From positions 289,124 through 353,123 of IMG/VR virus record IMGVR_UViG_3300044640_001495: a stretch of DNA of 64,000 nt. One strand, 5' to 3'. The notes below the pieces were generated by a model, which was not told where the DNA came from, made no database searches, and worked only from the letters and a program-made list of their open reading frames with translations. The translations under genes were made by a program, and so were the position numbers. This document shows positions 10,715 through 20,515 of this stretch, in pieces (the first letter of the stretch is position 1; the number at the start of each line of letters is the position of its first letter).

Positions 10715-11652
10715 TCATGTGGGGGGTAAATGCCCTTAATCATGGAAGTAGTCTTGCTGTATTCAAGGACGGCAGTCTGTGGTCCAATCAAGTGGGTTCT
10801 TCGGATGAATTAGACAGCAAAATAATTACCGATGCCCTGCATCTTGGAGCACCAGATCGTATCTTTTGGTACGAACGACCCTGGATAAAGAAAGCAAGAC
10901 AGGCATACGCAGGACAGTGGCATCGTGCCTTAGATATGAAGGTACTTCCACGTAGATATATGAAAGCGCAACATTATGCTCCGATCACTTATACACCGCA
11001 TCATGGTAGTCATGCAGCCGCAGGCTACTATACCAGTCCTTTTAATCATTGTGCTATTGTGGTACTCGACGCCATAGGTGAATTTGAATGTGCTACCATA
11101 TGGGAAGGCCTACACGGAGAAATGCGCAAAGTGTGGAGCAGAAGTTATCCTAATAGTCTAGGGCTATTCTATAGCGCATTTACTAACTTGTTAGGAATGA
11201 CTCCAATACAAGACGAATATCTATTGCAACAAATGGCTAAGAAGGGCGACCCACATCGTTATAAACATGATGTTCACAAATACATGAGCGGACTATTAAT
11301 CTCTGGTAAGAACATGCACAAGGGCATCCTCGATTGGCCGCATGACATTGGAAATGAACAAGACCGTTACGATATTGCTGCCGCAGTTCAACGAGTGTTT
11401 GAAGATCAAATCCGTATGGTTATGCTAGAAGCTAAGAAATTAGTCAACACTGACTGTCTAGTTTATATGGGCGGTTGTGCTATGAATTCAGATGCTAATA
11501 AACGATTTGTGGAACCTGCATTTAAGTACAGGTGGAGTTTACCTAATCCAGGAGATCCATCTAGTTCTATCGGAGCAGTCTTGTATCACACTAAACAACG
11601 AGAGTGGAAATACAACTTTGGTGTTGCAAAGCACCTAGCAATTAGTGTATAA
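10711..11652 (+). CDS. carbamoyltransferase (NodU/CmcH family), N-terminal Kae1-like domain only
   Basis: HHGSHAAAGYYTSPF, VLDAIGE, SLGLFYSAFT, DIAAAVQ, GGCAMN, PNPGDPSSSIGA; ends without the C-terminal YrdC-like domain. Confidence 0.85.
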   Translation: MIMWGVNALNHGSSLAVFKDGSLWSNQVGSSDELDSKIITDALHLGAPDRIFWYERPWIKKARQAYAGQWHRALDMKVLPRRYMKAQHYAPITYTPHHGSHAAAGYYTSPFNHCAIVVLDAIGEFECATIWEGLHGEMRKVWSRSYPNSLGLFYSAFTNLLGMTPIQDEYLLQQMAKKGDPHRYKHDVHKYMSGLLISGKNMHKGILDWPHDIGNEQDRYDIAAAVQRVFEDQIRMVMLEAKKLVNTDCLVYMGGCAMNSDANKRFVEPAFKYRWSLPNPGDPSSSIGAVLYHTKQREWKYNFGVAKHLAISV

Positions 11653-11660
11653 TAAAATAT

Positions 11661-12278
11661 ATGTTTTATTATAATAAGAAATATCAAACAGGTGATCAAT
11701 GGCTAATTGATACAGAATATACCAAGTATCAAGACCTATTGCCACTGGTTGAATCAAATCCCAATACTGAATACAGCAACGAAACTGTGGCGTTTAATGC
11801 TAGACAGTACCCATTGTGGAGTGATCCTGTGGTTGCACAGACAGTGAGACACAAACAATTTCTTGATAACTATGTTCAACACCCCGCTTGGGAAGAAGCA
11901 ACACATGGTATATTCGAATGGACCAAGCGACGATTAAAAAGAAATAAAATTGACCTAAATTTTGTGCCAACTATTTCATGGAGCATGGAATATGCCGCAG
12001 GCGGCTGGCAAAGCATGCATACACACGACAACGATTGTGTTACACAGATATTCTATTTAGATGGAGAAATAAACCAAGACCCAAATGTTAGTGCAAAAGA
12101 AAATGCATGGGGGTCTATGTATGCTTTTTTAACTAAAGGCGATAAACCATTATACAAATCATTTAGCAGTTGGGCAGGCCGTTGCATAATACTTCGTGGC
12201 GATATTTTCCACGGTGTTTATCCTATAAAAACATTGCCACGCAGAACAATTATTATGGATTATAAAGTGATACGATGA
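11661..12278 (+). CDS. putative 2OG-Fe(II) oxygenase-like protein
   Basis: HTHD...FHGVYP...RRTI pattern. Confidence 0.6.
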   Translation: MFYYNKKYQTGDQWLIDTEYTKYQDLLPLVESNPNTEYSNETVAFNARQYPLWSDPVVAQTVRHKQFLDNYVQHPAWEEATHGIFEWTKRRLKRNKIDLNFVPTISWSMEYAAGGWQSMHTHDNDCVTQIFYLDGEINQDPNVSAKENAWGSMYAFLTKGDKPLYKSFSSWAGRCIILRGDIFHGVYPIKTLPRRTIIMDYKVIR

Positions 12279-13711
12279 TAAAGACCTACGACTACGAAGT
12301 ACAAAAATTATATCTTGAACTCATGCTGGCAGATGCCGAAGTATTTGTGCGCTGCCAAGGTATATTTGATCATTCATTGTTTGACCGAAAACTACAGGAT
12401 GCAGCAGAATTTATTCATGAATATGCCAAGGGCTATAATGTACTGCCAGACTATGAAATGGTCAATGCATCGTGCCGCACTGATATGAAACGTCCAGAAG
12501 ATCTTAAAGAAGGTCACATGGACTGGTTCATGGATGAGTTTGAGAAGTTTACTCAACACAAGGCTCTTGAACGTGCAATTATACAATCAGCTGATCTATT
12601 AGAAAAACATGACTATGGTGCAGTGGAAGTATTAATTAAAGAAGCTGTACAGATTGGACTTGCCCGAGATATGGGCACAGACTACTTTGCTGATCCTCGT
12701 GGCCGATTGATGGGCATCAAAGACAAGAATGGACAGGTGAGCACAGGTTGGCCCTGTATGGATCGTAAGTTATTTGGTGGATTTAATCGTGGTGAACTAA
12801 ACATCTTTGCCGGTGGATCCGGCGCAGGTAAAAGTTTGTTCTTGGCTAACTTGGGTGTGAACTGGGCATTGATGGGTCTTAATGTGGTCTATCTAACTCT
12901 TGAACTTTCAGAAGCACTGGTCAGTATGCGTATTGATGCAATGATAACAGGAACATCAACTAAAGACATTTTTAAAGATCTAGATGATGTTGAAATGAAA
13001 GTTAAAATGATCGGCAAGAAGTCGGGCATGCTACAGATAAAATACATGCCCTCAGGCAAGACTGCCAACGACATTCGTGCATACCTGAAAGAATATGAAA
13101 TTAAAGTAGGCAAAAAAGTAGACGTACTGTTAGTTGACTACTTAGACTTGTTAATGCCTGTAAGTAAAAAGATCAGCCCGGCTGACTTATTCATCAAAGA
13201 CAAGTATGTGTCAGAAGAACTTCGTAATCTAGCAGTGGAGAAGAACTGTGTGTTCGTTACTGCGGCACAGTTAAATCGTGGTGCTGTAGAAGAAGTTGAA
13301 TTTGATCACAGTCACATCTCGGGTGGTTTGAGCAAGATTCAAACGGCAGATAATGTGTTTGGTATCTTTACCAGTCGAGCTATGCGTGAACGTGGTCGCT
13401 ATCAATTGCAGTTGATGAAGACACGGTCAAGTAGTGGGGTAGGCATGAAGATTGATCTAGAGTTCAATCTAGAAAGTTTAAGAATCAGTGACCTACCCGA
13501 GGACGAACAAGAAAATAACGGTGCAACAAGCAGAGGTAGTTCTAGTATAATTGAGTCAATCAAGGCTCGTAGTACTATTCAAGGACGCATCGATGAAGAT
13601 GGTGTTATACAAGATCCAACTCAAGGTGTTGGTCTAGGCAAGGTTCGTGCCAATGTTGAATCAAGTAAGATGCGTGAGATTTTAAACAAGCAGTTTGGCG
13701 ATGAAGACTAA
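12275..13711 (+). CDS. replicative DnaB-family helicase (T4 gp41-like)
   Basis: GGSGAGKS Walker A, TLELSE, VDYLDL, TAAQLNR, MKTR. Confidence 0.93.
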   Translation: MIKTYDYEVQKLYLELMLADAEVFVRCQGIFDHSLFDRKLQDAAEFIHEYAKGYNVLPDYEMVNASCRTDMKRPEDLKEGHMDWFMDEFEKFTQHKALERAIIQSADLLEKHDYGAVEVLIKEAVQIGLARDMGTDYFADPRGRLMGIKDKNGQVSTGWPCMDRKLFGGFNRGELNIFAGGSGAGKSLFLANLGVNWALMGLNVVYLTLELSEALVSMRIDAMITGTSTKDIFKDLDDVEMKVKMIGKKSGMLQIKYMPSGKTANDIRAYLKEYEIKVGKKVDVLLVDYLDLLMPVSKKISPADLFIKDKYVSEELRNLAVEKNCVFVTAAQLNRGAVEEVEFDHSHISGGLSKIQTADNVFGIFTSRAMRERGRYQLQLMKTRSSSGVGMKIDLEFNLESLRISDLPEDEQENNGATSRGSSSIIESIKARSTIQGRIDEDGVIQDPTQGVGLGKVRANVESSKMREILNKQFGDED

Positions 13712-13937
13712 AAAAGTAGAGTTGTATAAATGGTTAGATAGCGAGGGCGAAAACATTGAAATTGATTGGCCCAAAGTGCATAAAACGCTAGGATTAGATC
13801 ATACCAATTGGTTGTTAACGCAACCTGAAGATCAATGTCAAATAGTATTAGAAAAAAACGACATGTATTGTCGTTTAGTAGCAGAATTCTACAACGATCA
13901 TGTACTAACACATTATCATTTAATGTGGGCTAAATAG
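13695..13937 (+). CDS. hypothetical protein
   Basis: 80-aa ORF in the operon. Confidence 0.65.
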   Translation: MAMKTKKVELYKWLDSEGENIEIDWPKVHKTLGLDHTNWLLTQPEDQCQIVLEKNDMYCRLVAEFYNDHVLTHYHLMWAK

Positions 13938-13940
13938 TAG

Positions 13941-14651
13941 ATGCGTCTAAGAGAATTACACGAACGATCAGATATAATCACAGTTAATCGCCGTCTCAAT
14001 CCCAAGATATGGAACGGTGATGCACTCGACCCAGCGGTGGCACAAAAACTCAAAGAAATTGCCGATGCATTTCAAGAGTTTATCGGCATTGATCTTGATG
14101 TAGTAGATTATACAATTACAGGATCAAATGCCAACTATACCTGGACCGAGCATTCAGACCTAGATCTGCATCTTATTGTTCAAGGTGAAGTAGATGATGC
14201 TGCTAGAGAACTATTCAATGCCAAAAAGGCACTCTGGGGCGAACAACACAATATCACCATCAAAGGTCTTCCTGTTGAATGTTATGTTCAGGGCAAAGAA
14301 GAAGAACACCACAGTACCGGAGTGTATAGCATAGCTGACAATCAATGGCTGGTCGAACCAAAGAAAATAAAACCAGAAGTAGATGACAGTGCTGTGGAAG
14401 CTAAAAAAGATTCAGTCATCCACGACATTGAAACTGCTCTATTAAGTAAAGATCTCAACCGCTTGAGACTAGTAAAAGAAAAGATCACTAAAATGCGTCA
14501 GGCAGGACTGGAACGTGCGGGCGAGTGGTCAGTAGAAAACCTAGTTTTCAAAATACTTCGAAACCTAGGTCTTATTGATGAAATTACAGATAAAATTCGC
14601 GAACTAGAAGATCAAGAGCTGAGTCTAGAACAGGCCCAGTCTTTAGATTAA
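13941..14651 (+). CDS. nucleotidyltransferase (Pol-beta superfamily)
   Basis: ITGSNANY...SDLDLH signature; TAAATA upstream. Confidence 0.8.
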   Translation: MRLRELHERSDIITVNRRLNPKIWNGDALDPAVAQKLKEIADAFQEFIGIDLDVVDYTITGSNANYTWTEHSDLDLHLIVQGEVDDAARELFNAKKALWGEQHNITIKGLPVECYVQGKEEEHHSTGVYSIADNQWLVEPKKIKPEVDDSAVEAKKDSVIHDIETALLSKDLNRLRLVKEKITKMRQAGLERAGEWSVENLVFKILRNLGLIDEITDKIRELEDQELSLEQAQSLD

Positions 14652-14782
14652 TCGATCTTATAACAGTCGTAGACATCCCAAGCGTATATAGAGTAAACTG
14701 AAAATCTCACAGCTTGCTCTAGTGTTGAGAATGTTTTAGATCTCAACTGCCCTGTGGCCAAATAGTATTTGAGTCGCCACAT
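14648..14782 (-). CDS. small hypothetical protein (44 aa)
   Basis: Manual: MWRLKYYLATGQLRSKTFSTLEQAVRFSVYSIYAWDVYDCYKID; TAATG coupling to the BI-1 gene. Confidence 0.55.
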   Translation of the reverse strand: MWRLKYYLATGQLRSKTFSTLEQAVRFSVYSIYAWDVYDCYKID

Positions 14783-15477
14783 TAATCTTTCTTAATGCCA
14801 AACAACTGTAGTAGGTTGATAAACAGATTGATAAAGTCCATGTAGAGAGTTAATGCGCCCATAACTTCTTCACGACCTGTATCGCCATCTACTGAAACCA
14901 TTTCACGAATCTTCTGTGTGTCGTAGGCAGTTAGACCCAGAAACACAATGATAGCAATAGCTGAGATCACCATCTGCATCACTGTTGAACCAATAAAGAT
15001 ATTGATTATACTTGCAATGATGATAGCAATCAATCCCACAAACATGAACTTGCCCATGCTGTCAAGACTCTGTTTGGTAAAGTAGCCATAACCACTCATT
15101 ACAGCAAACAGTATACCTGCTGACATAAATGCCGATACAATTGATCCCATGGTGAACACCGCAAAGATTGTGGCAAAGCTCAAACCCATTAGAGCCGCAA
15201 ACGCATATAAAAATAGTTGTAGTTGCCCTTTATTAAAATGCTGGGCAGCAAAAGCAAATGCCAGGATGACTACCAAGGGTGAAAAAATCACAATCCATTT
15301 CATTGCACCCGTAAAAAAGAACTGCAACAATTCTGGGCTAGAGCCCACAAAGTAACTCACAATCATGCTTACAATAACAGCAAGACTCATATGTCCGTAG
15401 ACACGGCCCATTGCTGAGTTTACTTCTTCTGCTGAGCGGTAGTCTGTGATACCACCTGTATAATTTGTTCCAAACAT
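14782..15477 (-). CDS. Bax inhibitor-1/YccA family membrane protein
   Basis: About seven hydrophobic helices; LTAYDTQKI and ALTLYMDFINLF motifs; AGGAGG RBS; promoter TTGACA-N17-TATACT at 15501-15529. Confidence 0.92.
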   Translation of the reverse strand: MFGTNYTGGITDYRSAEEVNSAMGRVYGHMSLAVIVSMIVSYFVGSSPELLQFFFTGAMKWIVIFSPLVVILAFAFAAQHFNKGQLQLFLYAFAALMGLSFATIFAVFTMGSIVSAFMSAGILFAVMSGYGYFTKQSLDSMGKFMFVGLIAIIIASIINIFIGSTVMQMVISAIAIIVFLGLTAYDTQKIREMVSVDGDTGREEVMGALTLYMDFINLFINLLQLFGIKKD

Positions 15478-15518
15478 AAAAATCCTCCTAGGTATAGTAC
15501 AGTATACACTATTATTAT

Positions 15519-16394
15519 TTATTTGTCAACCTGTCCTGTGTATATCTTGCGACGTTTTGCCCAAGGTAATACGGGCCTGTATCTGTCACGATGTTCTAGA
15601 TTTGATCGTACAGTGGCCACGTCTAATTCTTTGAAAATAAAGTCATCGTCTTTAAGCGCATTGTTTTTGATCAAGCCTTTGACAAATCCTTCTGTAAGGT
15701 CTAGCTGAGTGTCTGTGAGAAGACTGTGAACCAATTTATCCGCTAGAATTTTGTGATTGCTTAGGCACATGTGATTGTATCTGCCATCGAGTCCGTACCA
15801 AAATTTAGCATCAAGATCTGCCGTGATATCTTCAAATTCCCATTGTTGCACATCATCCATCAGTACGCCCTTGGCCCAATTGATTTCCTGCCAGGTTTCA
15901 GCTTGATCCACATCCTGCCCAAAGCATTTCATTATTATAGGTCTGTTGAGTTTTTTCTTTAGAGTCTGATAGGCAAGATAGCCCATGCGATTGTTGATGT
16001 GTATGAGATCTAATCTAACTCGTTGAATATAACGTATGTAATACTCAATGGCTTTGGCTTCATCCTTGGTGACAAAACTGTCCAAATCAATGATGTTGCT
16101 GTTGGTCATTTCGGGTAGTCTATCTAGGAACCAAAATCTACTGGGATGCGTTAGAGCTATGACAATGTAGTCATTTTCTGTAATTCTATGTTCTAACAAA
16201 TGCTGCAGAACGTCCCAACAGTAGTCTTGAGCACAGCCCATGATGCTGAGATTTTCTAAAACAACATCATGCCCCAATTGTTGTTTAAGTCCACGAGCCA
16301 CCTGTTGTGGCCAAGTCACTGTGGTGTCTTCGGGTTTGGGCGGTACAGAAAAACTGTCACCGATCACATATAGTGTAGAGTATTTGTTGGTCAT
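15519..16394 (-). CDS. SGNH/GDSL hydrolase-like protein (paralog A)
   Basis: VIGDSFS block I, W..QVA, NLSIMGCAQD, DGRYNHM..SNH.ILA. Confidence 0.65.
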   Translation of the reverse strand: MTNKYSTLYVIGDSFSVPPKPEDTTVTWPQQVARGLKQQLGHDVVLENLSIMGCAQDYCWDVLQHLLEHRITENDYIVIALTHPSRFWFLDRLPEMTNSNIIDLDSFVTKDEAKAIEYYIRYIQRVRLDLIHINNRMGYLAYQTLKKKLNRPIIMKCFGQDVDQAETWQEINWAKGVLMDDVQQWEFEDITADLDAKFWYGLDGRYNHMCLSNHKILADKLVHSLLTDTQLDLTEGFVKGLIKNNALKDDDFIFKELDVATVRSNLEHRDRYRPVLPWAKRRKIYTGQVDK

Positions 16395-16441
16395 ACAGTA
16401 GTTAGCTGCAGGGCATGGTCAGTGACAAAAAACTTGAAACT

Positions 16442-17272
16442 TCACCAACTGGGTCGTTTCATTATTTTTGACATAGTCCACGCAGGCCTAGCATGCATGT
16501 CCGTGATGCGATATTGATTGAATTCTCTCGCACAAAAATCTGTATCTCGCCAACTGTCTTTGAGAATAAGTCCTTGAACGAATCCGTCAGCAAGATCCAC
16601 TGTTAGACCTTGTTGGAAAAAATCCACAATTTTTTTGGCCAGTATGCCATGATTGCTCAAGGTGATGTGATTGTATCTACAGTCCACGCCTCTAAAATAT
16701 TGATCACTTTGAGTGCCTGGTTCCGCAAACTCTTGCGTTTGGATATCAAACAAGGTGCCCGTGGCCCAGGCTATTTCTTGGTGGTGTTGAGCTTCACTGA
16801 CGTCTATGTCAAAGCAGCGCAATATCAAAGGCTTGGGCAAGCCCAGTCTAGTGATGTAACTGGTGAGCCAACCCAATCTCATCATCATGTGCAGAGTATC
16901 CAATTGTGGTCGTTGAATGTGCTGCATGAATCCTTCTATGGCCTTGTTTTTTTCCTTGGAAACATACTGATCCATACCTATGATGTGCATGTTACTGAGA
17001 TTGGGTTCATCTTGCACAAACCAATATCTGTTGGGATGTGTTAGACATATGACGATTCGATCTTCAGCTGTGATTTGATTCACAGAATGAAATCCTGCTC
17101 TCAACTGTTGAAAGCACCAATCTTGACTGACTCCATGCTGACTCAGGGGCATTAATTTGAGTCCTAGGTCAGCAGCCACCTGTCGCGGCCATGTGATGGT
17201 GGCGTCTGTTGATTCCATGGGTTCAACAGAGAAGCTGTCGCCTATCATGATTAGTCTCGGAGTTGTGGTCAT
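16442..17272 (-). CDS. SGNH/GDSL hydrolase-like protein (paralog B)
   Basis: MIGDSFS, TWPRQVA, LTHPNRYWF, DCRYNHI..SNH.ILA; collinear with paralog A. Confidence 0.65.
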   Translation of the reverse strand: MTTTPRLIMIGDSFSVEPMESTDATITWPRQVAADLGLKLMPLSQHGVSQDWCFQQLRAGFHSVNQITAEDRIVICLTHPNRYWFVQDEPNLSNMHIIGMDQYVSKEKNKAIEGFMQHIQRPQLDTLHMMMRLGWLTSYITRLGLPKPLILRCFDIDVSEAQHHQEIAWATGTLFDIQTQEFAEPGTQSDQYFRGVDCRYNHITLSNHGILAKKIVDFFQQGLTVDLADGFVQGLILKDSWRDTDFCAREFNQYRITDMHARPAWTMSKIMKRPSW

Positions 17273-17364
17273 TTGTTATAATTATCTTCTTGATAATATT
17301 CACTGAATTTTCTTGACAAAGGTTAAATAGCAGTATATAATTAAACATAACTTAGTGGACCATC

Positions 17365-17799
17365 ATGCTAGAAAGAATCACCACACTCACAGACGAATTG
17401 ATACGACTGCTCAAGGACGATCCTGTTCGACCTGAGATCCCTGCAGACTTTAGAGTGGACAAGAACTCCAGAGTTTATGTGTTGAAGAGTGAAACAGGTG
17501 AGCCCATGGCTGTGACCTGTGTGAAGTTTCTAGCAGAAATTCCACAAAGTGTAGACGATCTTGCCAATGTGGCTGTGAATACTTCTACTGCGGTCTTCTA
17601 TACCATTTGGAGTTATGCAGCCGGTGCGGGTCGCAGTCTTATAGAAGCGGCTCAAGAGGATATCAAGACTCACGAACCCCAAGTTAAAACCTTTGTAACA
17701 CTGAGCCCAAAAACAGAAATGGCTCGCAAGTTTCATCACAAAAACGGGGCCACTACCTATAGAGAAAATCAAGACTCAATTAACTATCAGTATCACTGA
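17365..17799 (+). CDS. GNAT-like acetyltransferase-fold protein
   Basis: FYTIWSYAAGAGRSLI...TLSP...ARKFH..NGA; promoter TTGACA-N17-TATAAT at 17313-17341. Confidence 0.55.
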   Translation: MLERITTLTDELIRLLKDDPVRPEIPADFRVDKNSRVYVLKSETGEPMAVTCVKFLAEIPQSVDDLANVAVNTSTAVFYTIWSYAAGAGRSLIEAAQEDIKTHEPQVKTFVTLSPKTEMARKFHHKNGATTYRENQDSINYQYH

Positions 17800-18425
17800 T
17801 CGTTAAAATTACCACACAATGTATCAACTAGGTGTTTTTCTTTTAGTTTATCAACAGTTGAATAATAGTGGTCGGATGTAATTGGCCCTTTGGTTATCAA
17901 GGGATTCAGTTCATAATAGCCCATTGACAAAACATATCTAGATTCAGTTCCGTAATTAATACTGTTATGTGGTATTTGTGTGTTTAACAGATAAAATTGA
18001 TTGGGTTCGTAGGTGAGTCTAGTATAGGGGAAATAGACGTAGTCTCGAGGCATAAGCGAATCCTTCTTGTGCTCATGTGCAAACATAACCAAATACTGAT
18101 CATCTTGTGTCAACATTAAATTAAATGCAGTAGCACGGTAAACATCTCTATGCCAATTATAGATGTATCCGGGTTCTATTAACAGTATTCTTGGGTATAA
18201 ATTAAACTCTTGTATTAGTTCTAGAATTGGTTCGTTCTCGAAATAATTCTGCGGAACTTTATGCTGTTTGAACGTGGCTGATATCGCAACATCGTGGGTG
18301 ACCCTGCCTTCTTTGCCTTGATTTTTAGTAACATCAACATGCCCGTAATCAAAAGTTTTACAGTCTTCAAATAAAGGATTAGACGGCGAAAGCCCTAGTG
18401 ATAATTTTGTGAAACACTCATTCAT
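17793..18425 (-). CDS. putative 2OG-Fe(II) oxygenase (Asp/Asn beta-hydroxylase-like)
   Basis: WHRD...LLNTQIPHNSIN...RYVLS; start moved to MNECF at 18425, just downstream of TAAATA. Confidence 0.65.
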   Translation of the reverse strand: MNECFTKLSLGLSPSNPLFEDCKTFDYGHVDVTKNQGKEGRVTHDVAISATFKQHKVPQNYFENEPILELIQEFNLYPRILLIEPGYIYNWHRDVYRATAFNLMLTQDDQYLVMFAHEHKKDSLMPRDYVYFPYTRLTYEPNQFYLLNTQIPHNSINYGTESRYVLSMGYYELNPLITKGPITSDHYYSTVDKLKEKHLVDTLCGNFNDQ

Positions 18426-18480
18426 GCTGCTATTTATTTTTTCATTTTGATCAATAGCAGCAAACGTGATTAGAACATTA

Positions 18481-18687
18481 TCACTGACTACCGGGTTTAA
18501 AGCCCACTGTGTAGACAGCAACCACAGGTTCCCAATTTTCACGATCCTTGGCCGTTTGGCTTTCAGCAAACTGCTGTGCCACAAGATTGGCTCTGCTGAG
18601 ATCGGTGATGTGTTCACCAGCGAGAAATTGACGCTGTAGTCTAATACCTGTGCGGCTGTTTCGGGCCATGATCTTGTATGCTTGCAT
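18481..18687 (-). CDS. hypothetical protein
   Basis: 68 aa; AGGAG RBS and TAAATA upstream. Confidence 0.65.
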   Translation of the reverse strand: MQAYKIMARNSRTGIRLQRQFLAGEHITDLSRANLVAQQFAESQTAKDRENWEPVVAVYTVGFKPGSQ

Positions 18688-18732
18688 TGTGTGCTCCTGG
18701 TCGAGTATTTATCAACCTAGACACATCATTAC

Positions 18733-19323
18733 CTATTTGGATTCTTTAACTGTGTAGTTAATGGTTAACACATATCTGCTTTCGTGTGCAACGGGTGTGG
18801 TTGATGAGTGAAAATGCCTGCCGGGAAAGTCCATCCATAGATTGGCCGTGGGTTTTTGTCTGTGCCATTCTGTGTACATTTCCCTTTTAGGCTGTTCCTT
18901 GCGCTGATCAAATATGACAGTGTCACCATCACTGGTCGCAGGATAGAATATGCCTGTGCGATGATTCAGTACAGGATGATCTATATGCGGTGTGTGTTCC
19001 ACACTCCAGGGTGTGCGTGTGCATAGTCCCAGGCGCACTCTTAGTACTGAATCCAATTGTTGATCTTGATGATCCAGAGCAGCCAATAGTATGAGCAGAC
19101 TGGGATCCCATAATGGACTGATATTTTGACTGTCCTTGTAGATCAAATGACTAAACGATCCCTGATACTGGGGATCCGCCCCACTGATATCATCAGGGTT
19201 AGCAGTAAAGGGCAGATAGAACCAATCTATAGCAGGATCAGTGAGGCGTTGGCAGACATAGCTGAATTGGTTGGGTTTGAGTAGATCTTGTATGAGTGTG
19301 ATAGACATGTGAGTATATATCAC
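18733..19323 (-). CDS. putative 2OG-Fe(II) oxygenase
   Basis: HTPHID...DGDT...HFHSSTTP...RYVLTINY. Confidence 0.75.
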   Translation of the reverse strand: MIYTHMSITLIQDLLKPNQFSYVCQRLTDPAIDWFYLPFTANPDDISGADPQYQGSFSHLIYKDSQNISPLWDPSLLILLAALDHQDQQLDSVLRVRLGLCTRTPWSVEHTPHIDHPVLNHRTGIFYPATSDGDTVIFDQRKEQPKREMYTEWHRQKPTANLWMDFPGRHFHSSTTPVAHESRYVLTINYTVKESK

Positions 19324-19357
19324 ATGTCAATGATCACCACTCACAGAGTGGCAGCGA

Positions 19358-19543
19358 TTAGGCCTGTCCTGCAGTGGGATCTAGTGAAGGCAGTGGGGGC
19401 TCAACGGGTGGCACATCTTTGGGACTCTGTAGATCCCAATAGGCCATGTGTGCTTTACGTTCAGTAGTTTCGGCTAATTTTTTAGCAGTTTCTGTGGCTG
19501 CGATTGCTTCGGGTGTCATTGGTCTTGCCATGAAGTTCTCCAA
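19358..19543 (-). CDS. hypothetical protein
   Basis: About 57-61 aa; GGAG before the internal MARP start; TAAATA upstream. Confidence 0.55.
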   Translation of the reverse strand: MENFMARPMTPEAIAATETAKKLAETTERKAHMAYWDLQSPKDVPPVEPPLPSLDPTAGQA

Positions 19544-19652
19544 ATTGGTTAATGATGTATTTAGCTGTGAGATTTCAGTTGTTGATGGCGCAGCCTAGCG
19601 CAAAATTTTTTGCTGCGAAGCAGTAGCGCAGATTTTTTGCGATCAAGAGTGT

Positions 19653-19787
19653 CTAGTCATCCTCATCATCGTAGTCCTCATCATCTTCTTCATCATCCTC
19701 ATCGTAGTCGTCATAATCATCATCCTCATCGTAGTCGTCATAATCATCATCCTCATCATCGTCATAGAAGTGTGGAACTGTGCTCAT
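19653..19787 (-). CDS. 44-aa polyacidic (Asp/Glu/Tyr) peptide
   Basis: Manual: MSTVPHFYDDDEDDDYDDYDEDDDYDDYDEDDEEDDEDYDDEDD; GGGAG RBS; contains a 27-nt tandem duplication. Confidence 0.65.
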   Translation of the reverse strand: MSTVPHFYDDDEDDDYDDYDEDDDYDDYDEDDEEDDEDYDDEDD

Positions 19788-19859
19788 GATAATCTCCCTG
19801 TGATCATGTATATAGCTGAAAAAAGGCTAGACACCACGAAAAAATACGTGCGCAGTTTT

Positions 19860-20087
19860 TTAAAGCCCGGTGACTGGATCTAGAGTGGGATCTACTAGAG
19901 GACAGTGATCACTGAAACGTAGCACAAACTCTGTGTATGCAGGCGTGTGAGTGTCTAGCCAAAAGCGAGTGCGATTGAGGTGTACTTCATGATCAAGCGC
20001 ATGACACTGAATAAATTCAAAAACAGTCTTTAGAATGGGACTGGAGTTTAGAACATAGTATTGCTGCATGTGATTATATAGCGCCAC
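19860..20087 (-). CDS. hypothetical protein
   Basis: 75-aa ORF overlapping the upstream gene. Confidence 0.6.
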   Translation of the reverse strand: MALYNHMQQYYVLNSSPILKTVFEFIQCHALDHEVHLNRTRFWLDTHTPAYTEFVLRFSDHCPLVDPTLDPVTGL

Positions 20088-20343
20088 GCAATATGCTCAT
20101 GGTTATTTCTTGATCCGCTATACGAAGGACATTGTAGCACTCCCGCCGGATCTGCTTTTGACTGGGCTTGCTTCTACGACCACCCGCAGAGCTATTAAGT
20201 GGCTGTAGCTGTAGAAAATTACTGTTGGGATAGAGTTTAATGACTCGGGCCAGAATGAGTCTATTGTGTTCAGTGACTAGACAGTGATCTCCGGGTGCGA
20301 GAGTGTGGCCCGCAATGTCTCTGTGTTGTAAGGTATAGTTCAT
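20074..20343 (-). CDS. hypothetical protein (SH3-like?)
   Basis: DIAGHTLAPGDHCLV start resembles small phage SH3-barrel proteins. Confidence 0.6.
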   Translation of the reverse strand: MNYTLQHRDIAGHTLAPGDHCLVTEHNRLILARVIKLYPNSNFLQLQPLNSSAGGRRSKPSQKQIRRECYNVLRIADQEITMSILRGAI

Positions 20344-20515
20344 AGTAGGTATTGTGGTTAGTGTAGAAAAAGGTTACAAGATGGGAAAAAATTGGTCGCG
20401 TAAAAAATTAGGGTGGAGTACTTATCGTTTCATGGTGGTGATTTGCTACCCCTAGTGTTGTATATACGCAACACTGTGCATGTATACCCCGACCCCCCAC
20501 CATGACCCCTCCACC

